Source: Desulfobacterales bacterium (GTDB lineage Bacteria; Desulfobacterota; Desulfobacteria; Desulfobacterales; UBA2174). From it: a stretch of DNA of 64,000 nt. The stretch spans positions 96,001 to 160,000 of the forward strand of contig CAXXWC010000001.1 of assembly GCA_963668645.2 (NCBI GenBank), given 5' to 3'. A program made the translations under genes and the position numbers. Under the pieces are notes generated by a model. That model searched no databases and was not told the DNA's origin. It saw nothing but the letters and a program-made list of their open reading frames with translations. How positions within the stretch are numbered: the stretch's first letter is position 1; the number at the start of each line of letters is the position of its first letter. Below are positions 58,725-64,000 of this stretch, one piece after another.

Positions 58725-60158
58725 TTACAGATACGGTGCGAACAGCCACACCGCTGCATCGCGCAACTTGACGGGCAAGGGGCGCCGGTCGAGTTCTCCG
58801 GCGGCAAGCCGCGAGCAGCCGGCGATGGTCTCGTCGATGAACGCCTCGATCCGGCCGGCCGTCCGCGGGCCGAAGATTTCCAGGTTCATCTCGAAATTCA
58901 GCCTCAGGCTGCGCGGATCGACATTGGCCGATCCCACCTGGACATAGACCCCGTCCACCAGAAAAAGCTTGCTGTGGGCAAAAGGGGCCGGCTGCAAATA
59001 AACCCGTCCGCCCCACTTGAGTATCTCCCACAACATGTTGCGGGTGGCCCAATCCACGTAAGGCAGGTTGCTGTGCGCCGGCAGGATCACATCCACCTCG
59101 ACCCCGCGCAGAGCCGCGGTCTGAAGCGCTCCGATCAATCCGCGCGGTGGTAGAAAATAGGGCGTCATCAAGGCGATGCGCCGGCGGGCGGCCCCGATGG
59201 CCCCGCCAAGGATGCTGGACAATTTATCCAGATCCTCGTTGGGACCCTCCAGGATGGCGCGGCACAGGCAACCATCCGGCAGGGGATTGCAGGCCGCCGA
59301 AAGGTCGAGGCGCCGGCCCGTGCAAAAGCGCCAGTCTTCGGCGAAACACTGTTCCAGTTGGCGAATGATCGGCCCGATGGCCTTAAAGTGCAAATCGCGC
59401 ACCGGGTTGCGGGTCCGGCCCGGATCGTTAACCAGATGCCGGTCGCCGATGTTCATGCCGCCGATGAATCCGATGCACCCGTCCACCGCCATCAGCTTGC
59501 GGTGGTTGCGCAGGTTGAAGTTCACGGACGGCGGGAAAATCCGCGGCGGCAAAAATCTGGCTACCGGCACCCCCCGCAGGCGCAGGAGCCGCCCGGCCCG
59601 CGGCCAGTTGTATAGCTCGCCGACCCCATCGAGAATGACCCGCACCTCCACCCCGCGCGCCTTGGCCGCTGCCAGGGCATCGATGAAGCGCCGTCCGGTG
59701 CGGTTGGTCTCGAAGATATAGGTGGTCATGAAGATCCGGCGCTGGGCCCCCTCGATGGCTTCGAGCATTGCCGGGTAAGCCTGCTCCCCATTGCACAGCA
59801 TCTCCAGCGTGTTGCCGGCCGACAGGGGCATCCCGGTGACGGTGCCCGAGACGCGCGCAATGGCCCGCAAGGCATCGGGAAAATCAAGGTTGTCAAGATG
59901 CAGGTCGTCCCCGCGGTCCGGGGGGCTGAAGTCCGGTGAATGGATTCGCCATTGGGAGCGCAGCCCGAGACGTTGGCCCCGGGTCTGCACCCGGTTGATG
60001 CCGAACAGAAAATAGAGCAGCGGGCCGGCAAAAGGAAAAAGGAAGCTCACGGCGACCCAGCCCAGCGCGGCACGCGAGTCACGCTTGTGCAGCAAGGCGT
60101 GGCCCACCGCCAAGAAGGTCAGAAAAATCTCCAGGGGTAGCAGAAAGTAGATCGGCAT
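58725..60158 (-). CDS. cls: Cardiolipin synthase (PLD family)
   Basis: PLDc_N TM segment, HRKLMAVD and HSKLFLVD (two HKD motifs), TPYF, RSLRLNFE. Confidence 0.93.
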   Translation of the reverse strand: MPIYFLLPLEIFLTFLAVGHALLHKRDSRAALGWVAVSFLFPFAGPLLYFLFGINRVQTRGQRLGLRSQWRIHSPDFSPPDRGDDLHLDNLDFPDALRAIARVSGTVTGMPLSAGNTLEMLCNGEQAYPAMLEAIEGAQRRIFMTTYIFETNRTGRRFIDALAAAKARGVEVRVILDGVGELYNWPRAGRLLRLRGVPVARFLPPRIFPPSVNFNLRNHRKLMAVDGCIGFIGGMNIGDRHLVNDPGRTRNPVRDLHFKAIGPIIRQLEQCFAEDWRFCTGRRLDLSAACNPLPDGCLCRAILEGPNEDLDKLSSILGGAIGAARRRIALMTPYFLPPRGLIGALQTAALRGVEVDVILPAHSNLPYVDWATRNMLWEILKWGGRVYLQPAPFAHSKLFLVDGVYVQVGSANVDPRSLRLNFEMNLEIFGPRTAGRIEAFIDETIAGCSRLAAGELDRRPLPVKLRDAAVWLFAPYL

Positions 60159-60243
60159 CGCACCAGGCTCAACCGGCTTGATGAAAGCGTGCTTGGATAC
60201 GTCCGTCTTGCGGCGCTCAGCGCACCGTCAAAACGGACCACGG

Positions 60244-63200
60244 TTAGTCATTCGAAGGACCGAACCCGTCCATCCGGATGATCGTGTTTTCCAGCGCGTT
60301 CAAATATTCACTGTAGCGATCGAGGTAAAAAGCCAGCGCTTTGGCGAAATCGCGCCCCAGGACACCGTTGACGAACAACAGGCAGACTTCCTCCTGCTGC
60401 CGCAACATGCGCTGGGTATAAAAAAAGATCCGCCGCTCCTGGGCACTGAGCCGCCCCAGTTCGATCCTGAGCGCAACACGCCCGCGCGGCTGGTACATGT
60501 AGAAGTAAAGCAAGTCCAGGGCGTGAATGGCAAGGATTTTGCCCAGATCCGCGATTTCCGGCAGGCCGGCTTTCTTGAAGCGTGTCGGATCCTGGAGCAG
60601 ATCCATGGCCGGAACCTTGGGAAGAAGCAGCTCGAGCCGGGCGTAAATGGTAAACAGGGCACGCAGTTTCAAGCGGCAATCCCGGCAGCGCTTGCGGATG
60701 TTATCGGCCCGGTCGGCCGTCCCCTCGATCACGCCGGCGACACAATCCGAGGCGGTCTTGGAAATCACGGCGGCCCACTTTTGCAGCACCCCGTTGACAT
60801 CGGCCGCTCCGGCGCCGCCGAGCACCAACCCGATGAGAAAATTGAACAGAACCGCCAGAGGGATCGAAATCAGGCTGCGGAAAAAATTGCCCACGATCGC
60901 CCCCCGGGGAAGGCCGCGAAAGGCGTTGTGGCTCGAAATATAAATCCCGTTGGCCAGGGCGATGGCCGCATAGAGCACCGTGGGTGCCGTGGTCGTGGTG
61001 ATCCCCGCAACCCGGTCGAGCAGCACCGTTTTGACCAGATAATCGAGCAGCGGCACCGAAAAGCCGGTATAGAGCAGCGAGTCGGTGATACGCGTCCAGC
61101 TCACGTAGTCGTTCCAGCGCAGCAGCGGGCTGCGGCGCAATCCACCGCCGCCGAGCACCGACTGCAGGATGTTGCGCAACCCGGTGATGCCGAACCAGAT
61201 CAGGGCCCCACCGTAGGCCAGCAACCACCAGTCCTTGGTCAGGGCGAAAGTGGCAAAGGCCGGAATGAAGCCCACCGCCACCTTGATAACGTTCTTGATC
61301 TGGCTGTTGAGATGCGCCCACCCCACGACCTTGGCCGCCGCCGGTTCAGGCGACGGCGGCTGGAGGCTCAGGCCGTTGTCTCCGCTCGGCCGGGTGCCGC
61401 CCAGGGTCATGACGTTGCCGTGGACCACAAAGCAGGTCTGCTCTTCTTGAACGTCCCAGTCCCACTGGTGCCGGTAGCCGAGCCATTTCAATCCCGACAA
61501 GCGCCGCAGCAGCCGGTAGCCGGCGTCAATCCAGCGGTCCGGACTCTGGCGGGGAATGCCGGTGGCCCGGGGATATACCGGCAGATGCAGCGGCAGGACT
61601 TGACGCCCTTGGCGTACCAGCCGTCGCTGGGCACCTTGGGGCAGGGTTTCGCGCACCACCAGCCCCATGCCCGGTATCCGGCGCGACTGGCCGGTGGAAT
61701 CCGAGCCGATACGGGCCTGGAGCGGGCGCATGCGGTAGGCGTGGATCAGTGAGTCGATATCGAACAGAACCGCATCCAGGGAGGCGGCCCGCAGGCCCCC
61801 GTCCGGACTGGCGGATTGGGCCAGACGCCGCTGCACACCGCGCACCAGCTCTTTTAAGCTGATGGGGTTGCCTTCGTTGATCGCCTGCTGCAAGGCGTTG
61901 ATTTCAGGCAGTTGATCCGTCTTGCCGGCGACATGATCCTTGAGGTTGAACAGTTCCAACCGGTCGATGAGTCCGCCGCAGTCATGCAGCAACAAGATGA
62001 CTTCGGCCGTATCCAGGCCGCTGAGGTTGAGCGTGGTGGCCGCCTCGGGGTGCAACCGGCGCAGCCGTCCGAGCAGGCCCGGGGCGTCGAGCGCCATCAG
62101 GGGTGAAACGATCTTTCCGCTGCCGGGGATCTCGGGATCGGGCAGCTCCGCGTTGCAGCGGCGGCACAGGTAGTCGTCCACCATCTGCTGGGAATCGAAG
62201 CGGTTCATCTCGGTGACGGCCGCCTCCATGGCCCGACGCCCGTCTTCGTCGGCAGCGGCCCACGCCGGCCTGAGTGTCTCGACCCGGGCGCTCAGCAAAG
62301 GCACCAGAACGGCGTGCAGGTACTTGGCCAGGTGCAGCAGCGAAGGCTGGCCCGGGGCCACATAGGCCAGAAAATCCTCCTCGCTGGCCTCCTGCATATC
62401 GATGCCGAAACGCCGGTTGAGTTCGTGCCGGTGGACGGCGTTGAAGCGCCGCAGCACGGCCAGGACATACTGCTTTTGGGCTTCGCTCACCGCCCGGCCC
62501 TCGTCCATCAGGGCGCTGACCTCCGGTTCGGCCAGAAAGCAAAGAAACGATTCGGTATCTGAAAATCCCCGCGGCACCCAAATCAGTTTGACATAGCGCC
62601 GCCCGAAACGGGCCGAGAACTCGATGCCCAGGCGCAGGTCGATCCCCATGATCCGGGCCGCTTCGAGGATCTCCAAGGCCGAAGCCGGGCTGATGTAGTT
62701 GTAGTAGACCACCCGCAGCCGGCGGATCCCCTTGATCCAGGCATCCATGATCAGGTGGGTGGCCGATTTGCGGCCCTTGGTGTTGACGTCGTGGACGTGG
62801 TGATCGAAGGCGATCTGGTTCCAGGCCTCGGGCATTTCCACCAGGTGGTAGCGTTCCAGCTGGCGCCGCACGACGCGCGGCTTTCCCGAAGCGGTGGTGC
62901 GAAAATCGTGGGCCAGGGCCAGCTGCCGCTCCTCGTCGCCCTGGGCCCGCACCAGCTCTTTCATGATCTGCAGCAAAGCCCGGGCCGTATTCTTGGGCAT
63001 GGGCCCTTCGGCGGTGTTGAGCACCTCGTCGCGAAGGGCCTGGAGGGCCATCAGGCGCTGCTCCATGTGGCCGCGGCCCAGAGAGGCCAGCAGGTTGACC
63101 GTGGCGTAAGCGATGCGCAGCCCCTTGGATTCGACCAGCTCCTTGATTCCCAAGGGATGGAAGTGGGGGTAGTAGACCTGGCGTAAATATCCCGGAGAGC

Positions 63201-63285
63201 TGTGACCGCTGTGGACCTCGTGAACGATGTTGAGCAGTTCCCGGTCCCGTCGATCGAACATCAAACGGGCGATACCGATTCCCAT
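60244..63285 (-). CDS. Large hypothetical protein: degenerate PHP-like domain plus C-terminal membrane region
   Basis: DHHVHD..TKGRKS..HLI..A...GI, GIEFSA and GSDSTG resemble PHP motifs; hydrophobic helices in the last third. Confidence 0.75.
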   Translation of the reverse strand: MGIGIARLMFDRRDRELLNIVHEVHSGHSSPGYLRQVYYPHFHPLGIKELVESKGLRIAYATVNLLASLGRGHMEQRLMALQALRDEVLNTAEGPMPKNTARALLQIMKELVRAQGDEERQLALAHDFRTTASGKPRVVRRQLERYHLVEMPEAWNQIAFDHHVHDVNTKGRKSATHLIMDAWIKGIRRLRVVYYNYISPASALEILEAARIMGIDLRLGIEFSARFGRRYVKLIWVPRGFSDTESFLCFLAEPEVSALMDEGRAVSEAQKQYVLAVLRRFNAVHRHELNRRFGIDMQEASEEDFLAYVAPGQPSLLHLAKYLHAVLVPLLSARVETLRPAWAAADEDGRRAMEAAVTEMNRFDSQQMVDDYLCRRCNAELPDPEIPGSGKIVSPLMALDAPGLLGRLRRLHPEAATTLNLSGLDTAEVILLLHDCGGLIDRLELFNLKDHVAGKTDQLPEINALQQAINEGNPISLKELVRGVQRRLAQSASPDGGLRAASLDAVLFDIDSLIHAYRMRPLQARIGSDSTGQSRRIPGMGLVVRETLPQGAQRRLVRQGRQVLPLHLPVYPRATGIPRQSPDRWIDAGYRLLRRLSGLKWLGYRHQWDWDVQEEQTCFVVHGNVMTLGGTRPSGDNGLSLQPPSPEPAAAKVVGWAHLNSQIKNVIKVAVGFIPAFATFALTKDWWLLAYGGALIWFGITGLRNILQSVLGGGGLRRSPLLRWNDYVSWTRITDSLLYTGFSVPLLDYLVKTVLLDRVAGITTTTAPTVLYAAIALANGIYISSHNAFRGLPRGAIVGNFFRSLISIPLAVLFNFLIGLVLGGAGAADVNGVLQKWAAVISKTASDCVAGVIEGTADRADNIRKRCRDCRLKLRALFTIYARLELLLPKVPAMDLLQDPTRFKKAGLPEIADLGKILAIHALDLLYFYMYQPRGRVALRIELGRLSAQERRIFFYTQRMLRQQEEVCLLFVNGVLGRDFAKALAFYLDRYSEYLNALENTIIRMDGFGPSND

Positions 63286-63671
63286 GGACGGATCCCAACC
63301 TACAGGGGGCCGGCGCTTTCGGCCCCGATTCGACTGAAGTCCGCAGCCCGTCTTAGGCTGCAACAGCAGGAGGCGGGCTGCGGCAAGGCGCGGGTTGGTG
63401 AGTATATGCCTTTTTTAACAAAATCAAAACAATTTTCGGGGGATGAAAACGGCGGGATGAAAACGGGGGTAAGGCGCCCTGGCTGCCAGCGCCCGAGGAC
63501 CTTTGGCGCCCCGGCCGGCGCCGCAGTGGCGGGTCCGGCTTGACGGCGTTCAGCGGTACAACGGCGATCAATCTCGCCATCAGGGCGGGGCGGCCTCCAA
63601 GCCGCGCTTTGCCCGCCCGCGGCCGATTATGGAATCCTCTCCGGCTCCCGGAATCGGGCCGTGCAAAAATC

Positions 63672-64000
63672 TCAGACGGCGTTTTCCGGCGCCGGGGTCT
63701 GGCGCCCGGTCTTGTTGACCGGACACTCGGCAAAAGGGCAGCGGCCGCATTCGCAGCGGCGCACCGTGGCGCCGAAAACGCCTGCCGAAAGTAGATAAAT
63801 GGCCAAGAGACCGGGATTTTCAGCCAGCCAGGCCAGCGGGAAGGCGAAGAGTGTCAAGGCTGCGGCCAGCGCCACCAGCTTGTCGCTCCACTTGAGAGGG
63901 CCGGGCCGGGCGCGGAAATACTTGGGCAGCCCCCAGAAGAACATGCACTTGAGCCGCTTTTCATTCCTCCCATAATGCGGGCAGTGGGTGCAAAAGAAAA
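63672..64000 (-). CDS. Cys-rich membrane protein, 5'-partial
   Basis: Frame open at the window edge: FFCTHCPHY...C..., TM helices, CGRCPFAECPVN. Confidence 0.7.
   Translation of the reverse strand, partial: FFCTHCPHYGRNEKRLKCMFFWGLPKYFRARPGPLKWSDKLVALAAALTLFAFPLAWLAENPGLLAIYLLSAGVFGATVRRCECGRCPFAECPVNKTGRQTPAPENAV

Noticed and set aside
60178..63298. ORFs 60178-61752 (+) and 61982-63298 (-)
   Set aside because: Shadow frames of the large PHP-like gene.
1..64000. CRISPR array, rRNA, and in-frame Sec (TGA) codons
   Set aside because: No regularly spaced repeats or rRNA signatures were seen, and no gene appeared truncated at a TGA aligning to a Cys position; this check was by eye only.

Overview
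GC-rich bacterial chromosome segment whose gene content (selA, cobA-hemD, iorAB, TRAP, ETF, Mo-hydroxylase) fits a sulfate-reducing Desulfobacterota; this taxonomy is inference. (1) 1-16.3 kb is a decaying accessory region. It holds a deleted PLP aminotransferase, a metallophosphoesterase split by an IS3, a MITE and an IS1634. An AT-rich island follows: an EEP-family gene, a GHMP-kinase pseudogene split by a mini-ISNCY, a lone attC site, and a 4-gene block (glycosyltransferase, alpha/beta hydrolase, acetyltransferase, membrane protein). A second MITE and a repeat-flanked Fic gene end the region. (2) 16.4-28.7 kb is core genes: selA, TPR protein, gmhA, hemC, cobA-hemD, M20-like protein, gpgS, moaA, and a phosphoesterase plus ParB/Lrp pair. 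(3) 29-36 kb is an iorA-iorB-paaK-TRAP operon preceded by an unannotated leader peptide with four consecutive Trp codons and an intrinsic terminator. This looks like a Trp-sensing attenuator and implies an indoleacetate-to-tryptophan salvage route; it is the top finding. (4) 36-54.4 kb is a catabolic island: PocR-PAS kinase and NarL regulator with a shared tandem operator, a divergent Mo-hydroxylase, ETF, a split UxaA/SuyAB-type lyase, and a dedicated Moco maturation set (mocA, xdhC, sufS, sufU). (5) 54.4-64 kb carries an orphan MAD3/MAD4-like pair, an HNH nuclease, small genes, cls and a large PHP-like membrane protein. No rRNA, tRNA or CRISPR array was seen. All family assignments are by eye from motifs; no database search was run.
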